Shown in pieces: positions 8,988 to 19,100 of a DNA stretch of 64,000 nt. The position numbers and the translations under genes were made by a program. Origin of the DNA: a virus; the IMG/VR virus record IMGVR_UViG_3300022699_000232, positions 10,288 through 74,287 of that record, one strand, 5' to 3'. The notes below the pieces were generated by a model that was not told the origin of the DNA, did no database searches, and saw only the letters and a list, made by a program, of their open reading frames with translations. Each line of letters opens with the position of its first letter. Position 1 is the stretch's first letter.

Positions 8988-11063
8988 ATGGCAACCACCA
9001 GGCAGAATCTCGACATTCAGTCGGATAAGGTACTCACCGAACCGACCGTACAGACGCGGATGCGGATGGAGGACGATGGGGCGACCCAGGCTTTCTTCCT
9101 CGACTGGGATGAGCCGGCCGGCGCTGATAGGACCGTCAACTTCTCGGATCCCGGCGCCAACGATACTGTCGCCTACCTGGACAAGCCCCAGGTCTTCCAG
9201 AACAAGCAGACCACGACGACCCCGACCGTTGGCGACGACATCGCCAACAAGGACTACGTCGATTCGACAGTGGCGGCCGGAACCCCTACGGCTACCTCGG
9301 CGCCCGGTGGTGGTACTGAGGGTAAGGTCACGATGGATGAGGACAAGGGTCTCCTCATCGTAGGTGGCGTGGCTGAGGTGAAGGTCGACGGATCGACCAT
9401 CACCTTCAATGGATCCGGTGAACTCGTTGGATCGGCCGCGATTCCTGACGCTACGGCCGGCTCTGGCGGTGCCACCAAGGGTAAGGTGACCGCCGATACC
9501 GACAAGGGGCTAGACATCGTCTCCGGTGTTCTGGAGGTGAAGGTCGACGGCGTCTCTGTCGGTCTGAATCTCTCCGGAGAACTGGAGACTCTCAGTGGCG
9601 GCGGCGGTGGCGGTCCAACAGGCATTGTCTCGAACCAGCCGCAGTTCACCGAGGAGATCTCCGGTGTCACAGCACCCAACGATGGCACAACCGGCGGCGG
9701 TGACATCTCTACGCTGGAGTTCCCCACCAACGTCGAGACCGGGATTCGGTTCGCCCTTCAGATTCCAGAGGACTACTTCGATGGTGATCTGACCATCTCA
9801 GCCGTCCAGCAGATGACCGGTGCTGATCCCGCCGGATCCATCGAGATCACGACGCAGGCCAAGATCGTCGACGTTTCAGCAGGTGTCATTGACTCGATCT
9901 CCTATCCCGAGACTCAGGCGACGCATACGGTTCCAACCACGACCGACGTCGAGAGTCGGAACATTCTCACCATTTCCGAGGGCGACTTCGCTAAGGGCGA
10001 CACCATTCAGGTGCTCGTCAAGCGTGTTGGCAACGACGTCGGCGATACGAACACCGAGGACTGGGGCGTCCTCGCTTTCAAGTTCGCCTACAACGCCATC
10101 ATCAACGGTCGCGTTGCTACTGTCTCCTCGAAGTTCTTCGAGAATGCGCCAGGTGAGACGGCGACGACGCCGGACACGATCTCTGGCGGTGACATCACAG
10201 TCGAGGAGTTTCCGACGGCGGTTGATACCGCTCTCAAGTTCGAGTTCATCGTACCGGAGAACTGGGACGAGTCCTCCGAGGCGGACATCCGCATCAACTA
10301 CACGATGTCGTCTAGCGACGCGGCAGGTGTGGTTCGGCTGGAGCCTAGAGCGAAGATCGCACGTATCAACGGCGGGACCGTCGACACTATCGCTCCGAGC
10401 AACTTCGACTTCACCCCCGGTGCCGGCGACTCGACGGTTCCGAAGCAGTCCACCGCGATTCTCAGCATCCCGGCGACAGCATTCAGTCGTGGCGACGCTG
10501 TGACCATTGTCCTCGCGCGTCGCGGTAACGATGCGGCGGACACGCACACTGGTGACCTTCAGCTTATCTGCTCGATGGTCACGTTCGGAACGGTCTCTTC
10601 TCTCGGCGTGAACGCTGTCACGATCCGCGAGGATTACCTGAATCAAGGCGTATTCGGCAACGCAGTTGGCGCCGGCGTCAACGGCGACACCGACTACCCG
10701 GATCTTCTCGGTGACTTCGAGACCTACGACCGCCTGGAAGCGACGTCTGGTGCCGGTAGTCTGGACATCGCCTATGAGGGGCGCCTCGGATCACTGGCAA
10801 CGCAGATCAAGCGCATTTCGTTCTTCATCAAGGGCACTCCAGCGAGTAGCTACACGCTGGAGATTCACGCCGAGGGTTCTGGCATCGTTCACTCGATCGG
10901 ACCCATCCCTGTGCCGGCGACAAGCACAGAGATTATCCGAACGGACTTGGACCTGTCCGCACAGCCATCTGGCGCCGGTCGTTTCTTCGTCGTCATCGAG
11001 GTCACCTTCTCCGGCGGGGGTGAGAACGTTCTGGTCGGACGACCCTTCGTGAGGATGGAGTAG
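8988..11063 (+). CDS. Fibre-like structural protein: beta-spiral-like repeats plus tandem jelly-roll-like domains
   Basis: GKVTxDxDKGLxIVxGVxEVKVDG twice; two F-x-[IV]PE[DN][YW]...RxGNDxxDT domains; paralog of 13096..14604. Confidence 0.8.
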   Translation: MATTRQNLDIQSDKVLTEPTVQTRMRMEDDGATQAFFLDWDEPAGADRTVNFSDPGANDTVAYLDKPQVFQNKQTTTTPTVGDDIANKDYVDSTVAAGTPTATSAPGGGTEGKVTMDEDKGLLIVGGVAEVKVDGSTITFNGSGELVGSAAIPDATAGSGGATKGKVTADTDKGLDIVSGVLEVKVDGVSVGLNLSGELETLSGGGGGGPTGIVSNQPQFTEEISGVTAPNDGTTGGGDISTLEFPTNVETGIRFALQIPEDYFDGDLTISAVQQMTGADPAGSIEITTQAKIVDVSAGVIDSISYPETQATHTVPTTTDVESRNILTISEGDFAKGDTIQVLVKRVGNDVGDTNTEDWGVLAFKFAYNAIINGRVATVSSKFFENAPGETATTPDTISGGDITVEEFPTAVDTALKFEFIVPENWDESSEADIRINYTMSSSDAAGVVRLEPRAKIARINGGTVDTIAPSNFDFTPGAGDSTVPKQSTAILSIPATAFSRGDAVTIVLARRGNDAADTHTGDLQLICSMVTFGTVSSLGVNAVTIREDYLNQGVFGNAVGAGVNGDTDYPDLLGDFETYDRLEATSGAGSLDIAYEGRLGSLATQIKRISFFIKGTPASSYTLEIHAEGSGIVHSIGPIPVPATSTEIIRTDLDLSAQPSGAGRFFVVIEVTFSGGGENVLVGRPFVRME

Positions 11064-11066
11064 TTC

Positions 11067-11624
11067 ATGCGTCGCCTTTGCTACTGCACCGGAAGCGGGT
11101 CAACCATGGTTCGTTCGGAAAATTTCCGAGATGGCTATCTCGTACCGACGAGTGTGGGGCCTAAGCGTGCCGATGAGATTCAGCCAAATACCCCGGCTAC
11201 GCTAAGTGTTCCAGGCGTCGACGCTGACGGCCTCGTTGTCTATACGGCGAAGTACGGTGGGTCTGCTGGCAACGACATCTTCGTCTCCCACGAAACAGGA
11301 GAGACCGGGCCGGGGCACGAGAGCCGTCCGCTCGCCGTGAGCTTCGATCCCGATGATGAAGATGGCCGAGCTATCGTTGTGACGTTTGGCACGACGAGTG
11401 GGGGCTTTACTATGCTTCCGACTGCTCAACAGATTGCCGATCTAGTTAGCGCGGAAGCTGTGCTTCTCGACGTCGTGATGGTCGAGGCGGGCGGTGATGG
11501 GACAGGCGATGCAGGCGTCATCGACCCTACCTATCTCGGCGGAGGAGCAGACGACGGCGATTGGCGCAAGTTCAATGTCAACGGTGGGGACTGCATGAGA
11601 GTCAATGCGGTTGAGGTGATCTGA
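11067..11624 (+). CDS. Structural protein with a tail-sheath-insertion-like domain nested in a small Hint-like module
   Basis: Core VYTAKYGGSAGNDIFV...TAQQIADLV...LGGGAD; flanks TSVGPKRADEIQP and GGDCMRVNAVEVI match ORF 39348..39512. Confidence 0.65.
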   Translation: MRRLCYCTGSGSTMVRSENFRDGYLVPTSVGPKRADEIQPNTPATLSVPGVDADGLVVYTAKYGGSAGNDIFVSHETGETGPGHESRPLAVSFDPDDEDGRAIVVTFGTTSGGFTMLPTAQQIADLVSAEAVLLDVVMVEAGGDGTGDAGVIDPTYLGGGADDGDWRKFNVNGGDCMRVNAVEVI

Positions 11625-13084
11625 TGGCACAACCGTTTCTCGCGCTCCAGCATCGTTCGGGCGGCGCACCGCAAGTTTATCGACTCCCCGGTGTGTCTCC
11701 GCAGGCGCTTGGTGATCCTATTGGCGCGGCTGTTGAAGGCACAAGCTCCGACGATATGTGCATCTTCAACCGCGTCATTCAGTTCCAAGGAGATGTCTAC
11801 GCGGCGGTTAAGGGGGGTGTCTATAAGAAGGACGACCCAACTACCGATACTGGTGCATGGAGCTTGGACCACGCTTTCACGAACTTCACGACTTCATCTG
11901 CGATGGAGCACGCAGTATCCGGCATCTACCAGTTCGTGGATAACGGGGTAGAGAAGTTGTTTGTTTGTTGGCGCGCAGACACGTCCAACAGCACATGGAA
12001 TGCTTCTATCTTGGATGGATCTACTGGACTGTGGAGCGATGCCGGCGAGCAGGCGGCTGTTACGGCCGGCAATAACGAGGCTACAGGGGCTCAGATCATT
12101 TATCGGGGCGTGCTCTACTGGGGTCTGAGGACCAGTCAAGAGTTTCTTACGTTCGATCCTGTAGCACAGTCGCTTGGGACCATCTCGGCGATGATTGCGG
12201 ATGAGATCGGGTCCATGGGACTTTGTGTTTTCAACGACCGGCTTCTTACTTTTGGTCGAAACTCTTCTGGCAACGCAGCGCTCTTCGAACTCACTAGCAC
12301 ATTCAACGAACTATTAGAGGTCTCTCCGGCTATCACTCTCAACGGAGGCATGGTCGAAGCGCTTGCATGTCTCGTTCCGAGCCCCGACGGATCGGTTCTC
12401 TATGGAATTGTGGTGGAAAACGGTAGTGGTAGTCACTTCCTGAAGTTCATCGACACTGCCGGTGTGATCTCATTTGACTCTGACTTGACGAGTACGGTAT
12501 TGCCCGCCGCACGACGTCCCGGAATGGGCGACAACAATACCGAGACACGTTGGTGGGCTGCTTTCGATCAGGAAACGACGCCAGGCTCCGCAACGCTGCT
12601 GATCTACTTCTCTGGAAATGGGTCAGTCGGGACGACTGTCACGCAGTATCAGTTCGTGAACGAATCCACCGAACTCTCGCAGGTAGATGTCGGTGGAAGC
12701 GCTGCATGGGGTTTCTCGACACCGACCACTGGCGGCGGAGAACGGATCTTTACGCCCGGTGAGCTTCACATCTCGATTGTGCAGAGACTTGCGGCCATCG
12801 GCGGCGAAGCAGTGCGTTTCAAGTGCTACGGAGACCCCGGCGCCGTCAACAAGAACGTCAGCTTCCGGTTCAACACGGAAAACGAAGTACCCCTGACCCA
12901 GGCCACGTTGATCGGCACACCGTCGGTCATTTCGGGCGGTGCCGCTGCGCCAACACGCGTCGGAGATACGCTTCAAGGCGTCGAAGCTGACGGCGTCTCT
13001 GTCTACGAGACGATCTGGGATATCACGGCTGATGGTGTGACTGCCGGACAGCGCGCCCAGTTGGTCCCTAGGATCTTCATCTAG
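11624..13084 (+). CDS. Putative beta-propeller plus Ig-like virion protein (paralog family A, copy 1)
   Basis: NRVIQFQGDVYA, DLTSTVLP and IWDITADGVTAG motifs shared with 37900, 39523 and 40983. Confidence 0.75.
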   Translation: MAQPFLALQHRSGGAPQVYRLPGVSPQALGDPIGAAVEGTSSDDMCIFNRVIQFQGDVYAAVKGGVYKKDDPTTDTGAWSLDHAFTNFTTSSAMEHAVSGIYQFVDNGVEKLFVCWRADTSNSTWNASILDGSTGLWSDAGEQAAVTAGNNEATGAQIIYRGVLYWGLRTSQEFLTFDPVAQSLGTISAMIADEIGSMGLCVFNDRLLTFGRNSSGNAALFELTSTFNELLEVSPAITLNGGMVEALACLVPSPDGSVLYGIVVENGSGSHFLKFIDTAGVISFDSDLTSTVLPAARRPGMGDNNTETRWWAAFDQETTPGSATLLIYFSGNGSVGTTVTQYQFVNESTELSQVDVGGSAAWGFSTPTTGGGERIFTPGELHISIVQRLAAIGGEAVRFKCYGDPGAVNKNVSFRFNTENEVPLTQATLIGTPSVISGGAAAPTRVGDTLQGVEADGVSVYETIWDITADGVTAGQRAQLVPRIFI

Positions 13085-13095
13085 GAGCACGAGCA

Positions 13096-14604
13096 ATGGT
13101 CGTAAACATCGACAAGTTTATCGACGAGACCGAACTCGGTGCTCTCAGTGGCGGGTTTGCGGTTGCACCTGTGTCTTTCTCGCCGGAGACGGTGCAAGAC
13201 ATCTCGGGTCCCCCCAGCTTCGGAACGCTGGGGTCGAGCATCAATACGCACGATCATCCTGACGGTTCGACGACAGGGCTCAAGTTCGAGTTCACAGTGC
13301 CCTCCGATTACGACGCCGGTCCGCTTCAACTTCAAGCGGTCTACGCGATGTCGACGGCTGTTGCTTCGCCCAACAATATGGTCGTGCTAAGCGTCGGCGC
13401 CGAGATCGCTGATACCGCCACCGGAAGCATCGACACGGCGACATATGCACAGTCGCCCTTCATCCTTGTCACTCCCGACAACTCCACTGACGTGGACCGC
13501 TCTGGCACCATCCTCTCCATCGCAGAGGGTGACTTCCAAGCAGGAGACAAGATCGTCTTCCTGATCGAGCGACTCGGTGGTGACGCTTCCGACGACCATA
13601 CGGGCGATTTCCAACTCATCGACTACATGGTGATCTACGACGGACAGGTCGCTGCTCGTGCGTTCACTCACAACGTCGAGGTTTTTTCCGATACAGGCGG
13701 AACGGCGCCAGCCGCCGGAACCAAGTCCAGCTTCAACACGCTCGACTTCCAGGAGGGTTTCACCCACGAACAGAAGTTCCAGTTCACGATCCCCGAGAAC
13801 TGGGATGGCGCCTCGGATTTCCACGTTCGCTTCATCTACGCGATGACCGCGGCGCAAGCAGCAGCGGTCAGGTTCGACTTCTCAGGCGAGGCCACCAATC
13901 TCGTCACCGGCGCCGTCGACAGTCTTCCCATCGATGCTCTGGTTCAAGGGACTACGGCCGATACGGACGTCCATAGGACTACGGTGGCCTATGCTGTTCC
14001 TGGCACGAACCGGTCCGCGGGTGATGCGGTCGTCGTCACCTTCAACCGTCTAAGCGGTGATGCGTCGGATACCCATACCGGCGATTTCCAGCTTATCGCC
14101 GCCACCGTATTCGTCGGGCAGGGCGGCAGCACAGCCGTCAGCACGCTGGTCACCGAAGACTACCTCACCCACAGGAACTTCCGGATCGTGTCCGGACCCG
14201 GCGTCGATGGCGAGCAGGAGTCGCCGGACTTCTCAGGTGATTTCGAGCTTTGGGCTCTCATGACGTCTTCTGTGTCTTCGGGGCGCATCGACGTCGAGTG
14301 GCAAGGACGGCTCGCCGCTTCGCAGACACAGATCTCATCGATCATCATCCCCATCGTCGGTCAAAGCGGGGGCCCAACACCTGAGTATCAGGTCAAGGTC
14401 TATGCCGAGGGCTCCGGGGCAACGCCTGTTTACACCGGTGCTCTTACGGCAGAGACGACTGGCTCACGACAGTTAGTTTCGCTCACCGACAGCGATCTCA
14501 GCGCACAACCGACCGGCGAGAAGCGTTTCTTCGTGGTCGTCGAGGCTTCCTTGGACTCTGGAGAAGAGCTTCGCGTCGGAACGCCCTTCGTGCGGCAGGA
14601 GTAA
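13096..14604 (+). CDS. Structural protein with tandem jelly-roll-like domains (paralog of the C-terminal part of 8988)
   Basis: LKFEFTVPSDYD, KFQFTIPENWD, RLxGDASDxHTGDFQLI twice; C-terminus QPTGEKRFFVVVE...VGTPFVRQE versus QPSGAGRFFVVIE...VGRPFVRME. Confidence 0.8.
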   Translation: MVVNIDKFIDETELGALSGGFAVAPVSFSPETVQDISGPPSFGTLGSSINTHDHPDGSTTGLKFEFTVPSDYDAGPLQLQAVYAMSTAVASPNNMVVLSVGAEIADTATGSIDTATYAQSPFILVTPDNSTDVDRSGTILSIAEGDFQAGDKIVFLIERLGGDASDDHTGDFQLIDYMVIYDGQVAARAFTHNVEVFSDTGGTAPAAGTKSSFNTLDFQEGFTHEQKFQFTIPENWDGASDFHVRFIYAMTAAQAAAVRFDFSGEATNLVTGAVDSLPIDALVQGTTADTDVHRTTVAYAVPGTNRSAGDAVVVTFNRLSGDASDTHTGDFQLIAATVFVGQGGSTAVSTLVTEDYLTHRNFRIVSGPGVDGEQESPDFSGDFELWALMTSSVSSGRIDVEWQGRLAASQTQISSIIIPIVGQSGGPTPEYQVKVYAEGSGATPVYTGALTAETTGSRQLVSLTDSDLSAQPTGEKRFFVVVEASLDSGEELRVGTPFVRQE

Positions 14605-14607
14605 GAC

Positions 14608-15363
14608 ATGCCTCTCTATGTAAACGACGGTCGAACTCCGCTCCAGGCTGCACCTTCGTCCCGTCAGGAGCTTTTGGCTCCCCGCGGGTTCGGTTACGGC
14701 GAGCTTCTTTCCATCATCGGATCCTCCTCGGGAAGTGCCCCAGCACTGAGCGCTCTTGCGGTGCAAGGCATCGGAAGCCTGAGCACAGGCGTATCTTCGA
14801 TCACGCCCACGGTTTCGGCTGCTGGTAGCGGCGGTGGCGGCGGGCTCGGAAACGAGACGACCTGGGCCTTGTCCGGCGGCGGCATTGCGAGTGTGACATC
14901 AGCCTTGCAGATGCTCGACGCCCCCTTCCGGCTCGCTGCTCAGGTCGCACTGCCTGCTGGTACGCCTGCTGGTGGCGATGAATTCTTCGTTGGTGTGACG
15001 ATTCCACCGACGTCGCCTACAGCGACACTTCTTCTCGGAGGCGGTCCTGGTCCTTCGGTAGGGGTCGGCTGGAACTCCGGTATCGGACCGGATTGGCAGG
15101 TTCAGGCAGGCGGTGGTGCGGCTGTTCCTACTGGTGTCCCTGCTGCGGGCGGACCCATCGTCATCATCGAACTGGTGGAGAATCCGGCTACGACGTGGAC
15201 GGTAGCTATCTACGATGCCGTTTCCCTCTTGCCGCTCTTCCCTCCAACACCATTTCCCGGCGTTCCTGTTGGACCTTACGGGTTCACTCTCTACTTCAAC
15301 GCCGCTTCAGGCGGCTCCGTCTCCAGTATCATCTGGGGCGTATCCATCGGACCTCAGCTTTAG
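14608..15363 (+). CDS. Gly/Pro-rich hypothetical structural protein
   Basis: In operon with AGGAG RBS; beta-rich C-terminal domain. Confidence 0.65.
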   Translation: MPLYVNDGRTPLQAAPSSRQELLAPRGFGYGELLSIIGSSSGSAPALSALAVQGIGSLSTGVSSITPTVSAAGSGGGGGLGNETTWALSGGGIASVTSALQMLDAPFRLAAQVALPAGTPAGGDEFFVGVTIPPTSPTATLLLGGGPGPSVGVGWNSGIGPDWQVQAGGGAAVPTGVPAAGGPIVIIELVENPATTWTVAIYDAVSLLPLFPPTPFPGVPVGPYGFTLYFNAASGGSVSSIIWGVSIGPQL

Positions 15364-15373
15364 GGCTTAGATC

Positions 15374-17947
15374 ATGCCTCTGAATCCGCACATCAAGGGT
15401 GGCGCTGACGTCCCGATCCTGGACGGCGGTACTGGTGCGTCTACAGCTTCAGGGGCCCGTACGAATCTCGACGCGCTCAATGAGGCGGCTCACGATCTAC
15501 TCGATCACTCAGGGCTCACAGGTGTCGGCGATCTCACAACCGCTGCCCACGCTTCGCTCGATCACTCCACTATTCCGCACTCTTTCCTGAATATCGGGAC
15601 GGTCACCGACGCTGCTGCCTCCGGCGATTTTGCGGCCGGTCTTACGGGTGACAGCAGGATCGTCTTCGATCAAAGCAGCGGTGTTCTCCGCGCCATTCGG
15701 ACGACGACGTCCACGAACGACATCGACACTGTCCTTCGTGTGTTTCGTGAGAACACTGGCGGAACGGCCACTGGATTCGGCTCGTGCATCTCTTTTGCGA
15801 TGTCCGACGACGGTGGCGTCGAGGTTACCGGCGGGGACATCAGCAGTGTTCTCACGCAGTTCTCTCCGGTAGAGACTGAGGTCCAGATCCGACCGGTGCA
15901 GTCGGGCTCGACCGTCTCGGCGGTTACGGTTCGCGGGTCCGACCTCGGTCTCGTGACAGGCGGTCCCATCAATGCTGGGACATACGCACGCGTCGGATCG
16001 TCTACGGCGGCAGTCGCTCCTGGCGACCTATCCACCGGCAATGGCGCAAACTCGCTTTTCTATAACGCCAGCGGCAATCAGCTTCAGCTTGTCGGGGCAT
16101 CTGCGATCATCAGTAGTGACGATGCCCTTACTGTTGCCTCTGGGACGACCGATGATGCTCTGACTCTCCGGTCCGGAGACAACGGCGCTGGCGACAGTGG
16201 CGACGTCACCATCGATGCTGGTTCAGCCACCGGCACCGCAGGGACCGTCACACTAGCCGGCACCAACGCTGCCTCGCTTGTTCTCGGACGAGCCGGACTC
16301 GCTACGAGTGTTCCCGGTAATCTGACGGTCACAGGCGACCTAACGGTCAACGGCACAACGACGACTGTCGATACGACGAATATCCTCGTTGAGGATGTGC
16401 TCGCGCTCTTCGCTGCAAACGCTTCGACCGCCGACGAGGCCGGTCTAGCTTTCGAGCGGGGCTCCACCGGCGACGATTCTTTGCTCCTGTGGAACGAGGC
16501 CGGCACTCGCTTCGAGCTTGGCCTGTTCGATACCTCTGGTGGAACGACGGCGCCCACTGGTGCGCTGACGTCGCTGTCGGACCTGCGAGTCAACGATCTC
16601 CTGCTCGCCGGCACCGCGCTCACCGCAGACGGGGCTCTCACTGTCACGGCGACCGGTGCTACGCTTAGTCTTGACGGGTCCGCGCTCGAAACGAGCGCTA
16701 CATCACTGACTGCGGACGGAGCATTCACCGTCGCTGCTACGAGCGCGGTGCTCAGCCTTGATGGTAGTGGCATTGAGACGAATGCCACAAGTCTCACGGC
16801 CGACGCGGCGATCTCTTTTCTTAGCGGTAGCGGAAATAACGCACTCACCCTGAAGTCTGGCGACAATGGCGCCGGTGACTCGGGGGACGTCACCATCGAC
16901 TCGGGCACGGCCACTGGCACGGCTGGTGATGTGCTTGTTGGCACGACGAGCGCGAATGCAGTCAGCGTTGGTCGTAGTGGTCAAGCCACCACTATCAACG
17001 GTACACTCACTGTTTCCGAGGCGGCTACCTTTACTCTCGCGGCTGACTTCGACGCCGGGGCGACTGTGGCCGCCGGTCAGGCGATCACCGGCGATGGTGC
17101 TCTCACCGTTGCGGCTACCGGCGCGGTTTTGAGCCTCGATGGATCCGGGCTGGAGACTTCAGCGACCACGTTCACAGCCGACGCTGCGTTTACGCTTGCG
17201 TCTGGTGTCTCTGACAATGCTCTGACCCTGAGGTCAGGTAACAACGGTGCAGGAGATTCAGGCGACGTTACGGTCGACTCGGGTACGGCGACTGGTACCG
17301 CCGGCGACGTGTTGATCGGCACTACGAGCGCAAATGCCGTTAGTATTGGTCGAAGTGGCCAGGCTACTACCGTCAACGGTACTTTGACGGTGACGGAAGC
17401 TGCCACGTTCACCGCCTCCGCCGACTTCGATTCGGGGGCTACGGTCGCGGCGGGACAGTCGATTACCGGCGATGGCGCGCTTACGATTACCGCAACTGGT
17501 TCTGCACTGAGTCTCGATGGTTCTGGGTTGGAGACGTCGTCGACCACACTCACAGCAGACGCCGCGTTTACTCTGTCCTCTGGTACTGCCGACAACGTCC
17601 TCACGCTGAAGTCTGGCGATAACGGGGCCGGTGACTCAGGCAACGTGGTGGTAGATGCTGGCACCGCGACCGGGACCGCAGGTGATGTCAACGTGGGCAC
17701 GACCAACGCCGCCAATGTCAACGTAGGGCGCGCGGCAGGCAGCATCGGGTTCTTCGGCGCGACCGCCGTTGGTCAGCAGACGGATGTTGGCGTTCTCACA
17801 GACTCTAGTGGTGGTAGCGTGGACGGAACGGTTGCGGCTGTTAGCGGTTCCGGCGATGACACGACCATCAACAACAACTTTGCCGACCTGGTAGATAGGA
17901 TCAACGGTCTGCGAACTTCGGTCCGTAACCTCGGACTCATGGCCTAA
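15374..17947 (+). CDS. Long tail-fibre-like protein (857 aa) with internal repeats
   Basis: DGGTGASTASGARTNL fibre motif; GNLTVTGDLTVNGTTTTVDT; four LTLxSGDNGAGDSGDV repeats; two His repeats. Confidence 0.8.
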   Translation: MPLNPHIKGGADVPILDGGTGASTASGARTNLDALNEAAHDLLDHSGLTGVGDLTTAAHASLDHSTIPHSFLNIGTVTDAAASGDFAAGLTGDSRIVFDQSSGVLRAIRTTTSTNDIDTVLRVFRENTGGTATGFGSCISFAMSDDGGVEVTGGDISSVLTQFSPVETEVQIRPVQSGSTVSAVTVRGSDLGLVTGGPINAGTYARVGSSTAAVAPGDLSTGNGANSLFYNASGNQLQLVGASAIISSDDALTVASGTTDDALTLRSGDNGAGDSGDVTIDAGSATGTAGTVTLAGTNAASLVLGRAGLATSVPGNLTVTGDLTVNGTTTTVDTTNILVEDVLALFAANASTADEAGLAFERGSTGDDSLLLWNEAGTRFELGLFDTSGGTTAPTGALTSLSDLRVNDLLLAGTALTADGALTVTATGATLSLDGSALETSATSLTADGAFTVAATSAVLSLDGSGIETNATSLTADAAISFLSGSGNNALTLKSGDNGAGDSGDVTIDSGTATGTAGDVLVGTTSANAVSVGRSGQATTINGTLTVSEAATFTLAADFDAGATVAAGQAITGDGALTVAATGAVLSLDGSGLETSATTFTADAAFTLASGVSDNALTLRSGNNGAGDSGDVTVDSGTATGTAGDVLIGTTSANAVSIGRSGQATTVNGTLTVTEAATFTASADFDSGATVAAGQSITGDGALTITATGSALSLDGSGLETSSTTLTADAAFTLSSGTADNVLTLKSGDNGAGDSGNVVVDAGTATGTAGDVNVGTTNAANVNVGRAAGSIGFFGATAVGQQTDVGVLTDSSGGSVDGTVAAVSGSGDDTTINNNFADLVDRINGLRTSVRNLGLMA

Positions 17948-17976
17948 AATCGTGATCGGTAATTGAGGTAACCACG

Positions 17977-18318
17977 ATGAAGATCGACTTCTCTCAGGAA
18001 CTCAAGACCATCGAAGGAGATACGCTGCACCGCGAGCGTGTCGATAGCGGCAAGATCGCGCGTGTCCCCGCTACGCTGAAGTGGGCGACTGTCGAGGCGC
18101 TCCTGTCGCCTCCGGCAAACGCGAACGTTTCCGGGGAAGAGAAGGCTCGACGCTATGATCTCGCCATCAAGATCCAGCAGTCGCACACACCCCTCGATCT
18201 TCCCGTCGACGACGTCAGCTTCATCAAGAAGCTCTGCGACGAGCACTTCCCTCCGCTCGTAATGGGTCAGACACGCAAGCTTCTGGAAGGCCCGCAGACT
18301 GAAGGGAAGAGCGACTAG
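17977..18318 (+). CDS. Putative tail-fibre assembly chaperone
   Basis: SGEEKARRYDLAIKI...DDVSFIKKL...PLVMGQ, a small helical family usually seen right after fibre genes; GAGGT RBS. Confidence 0.6.
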   Translation: MKIDFSQELKTIEGDTLHRERVDSGKIARVPATLKWATVEALLSPPANANVSGEEKARRYDLAIKIQQSHTPLDLPVDDVSFIKKLCDEHFPPLVMGQTRKLLEGPQTEGKSD

Positions 18319-18335
18319 CGCTCCGGAGAATCGAG

Positions 18336-18989
18336 ATGCCAGTCAATCCACACATCAAGGGCGGACCTGACGTTCCTGTCACCGATGGCGGTACCGGTGC
18401 CTCTAGTGCCTCCACTGGCCTCTCGAATCTCGGCGGAATCGATACCTCCGCACACTCCTCGATTGACCACACCGGCATTCCGGGTGTTGGCGATCTGACG
18501 ACCGCTGCTCACTCCTCGCTCGATCACACCGGCATTCCCGGTGCCGGCGCTTCGCTCATTGGGCAAGAATCAGGAACTCCATCCTCGTCTGGAGGGACTA
18601 CAGCCGAGGAAACTCTGTCTTCAGTGAGCGTGCCAGCAAATACGCTGGCGTCAAATGGGGACTCTCTTCGAGCCAGCTTTCGCGTTCAGGCGGGAACCCA
18701 CCTCTCTGGAGCGTCGGCAACTACTCGTATCCGTTGGGGCGGTAGTCAGATCTACAGCAAAGCGGCCTCTCCCGGAGCGAACCTTCTTCTGAACATCGAC
18801 GTGCGTATTAAGCGCACTGGCGTCGGCACGCAGGTGATCTACGTCGACGATGGGACCGTGACACGGATGACGGGGTCAGCAGACGAGACCTCGGGAAACT
18901 CCATCGCCATCTCAAATCAAAACTCGTCCGGCTCGAACGATGCTGGCGGGCTAGTCGTGGATCTGTTTGAGGTCGAGGCCGTCATCTAA
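18336..18989 (+). CDS. Short fibre protein sharing its N-terminal ~65 aa with 15374
   Basis: MPVNPHIKGGPDVPVTDGGTGASS versus MPLNPHIKGGADVPILDGGTGAST; C-domain (PANTLASNGDSL) resembles the N-part of 22994 (TANTLTADNQSL). Confidence 0.78.
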   Translation: MPVNPHIKGGPDVPVTDGGTGASSASTGLSNLGGIDTSAHSSIDHTGIPGVGDLTTAAHSSLDHTGIPGAGASLIGQESGTPSSSGGTTAEETLSSVSVPANTLASNGDSLRASFRVQAGTHLSGASATTRIRWGGSQIYSKAASPGANLLLNIDVRIKRTGVGTQVIYVDDGTVTRMTGSADETSGNSIAISNQNSSGSNDAGGLVVDLFEVEAVI

Positions 18990-19100
18990 GACGTAACCTG
19001 CTGGATTACAGAAGTTTCTCTCTTCTATCCCGCCTGGTAGACTAAGGTAGCCTCTGCTCAATGCGAGGGCCTCAGTTCCAATCTCGGGGAGCAGCCGACC

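Noticed and set aside
11067-11624. Tail sheath gene
   Set aside because: Only a ~120-aa insertion-type domain is similar; it is far too short and lacks the conserved sheath C-terminal domain.
15374-18989. Diversity-generating retroelement or invertible fibre cassette suggested by repeated fibre segments
   Set aside because: Copies differ at synonymous sites of all bases rather than only adenines; no reverse transcriptase, invertase or flanking inverted sites were seen.
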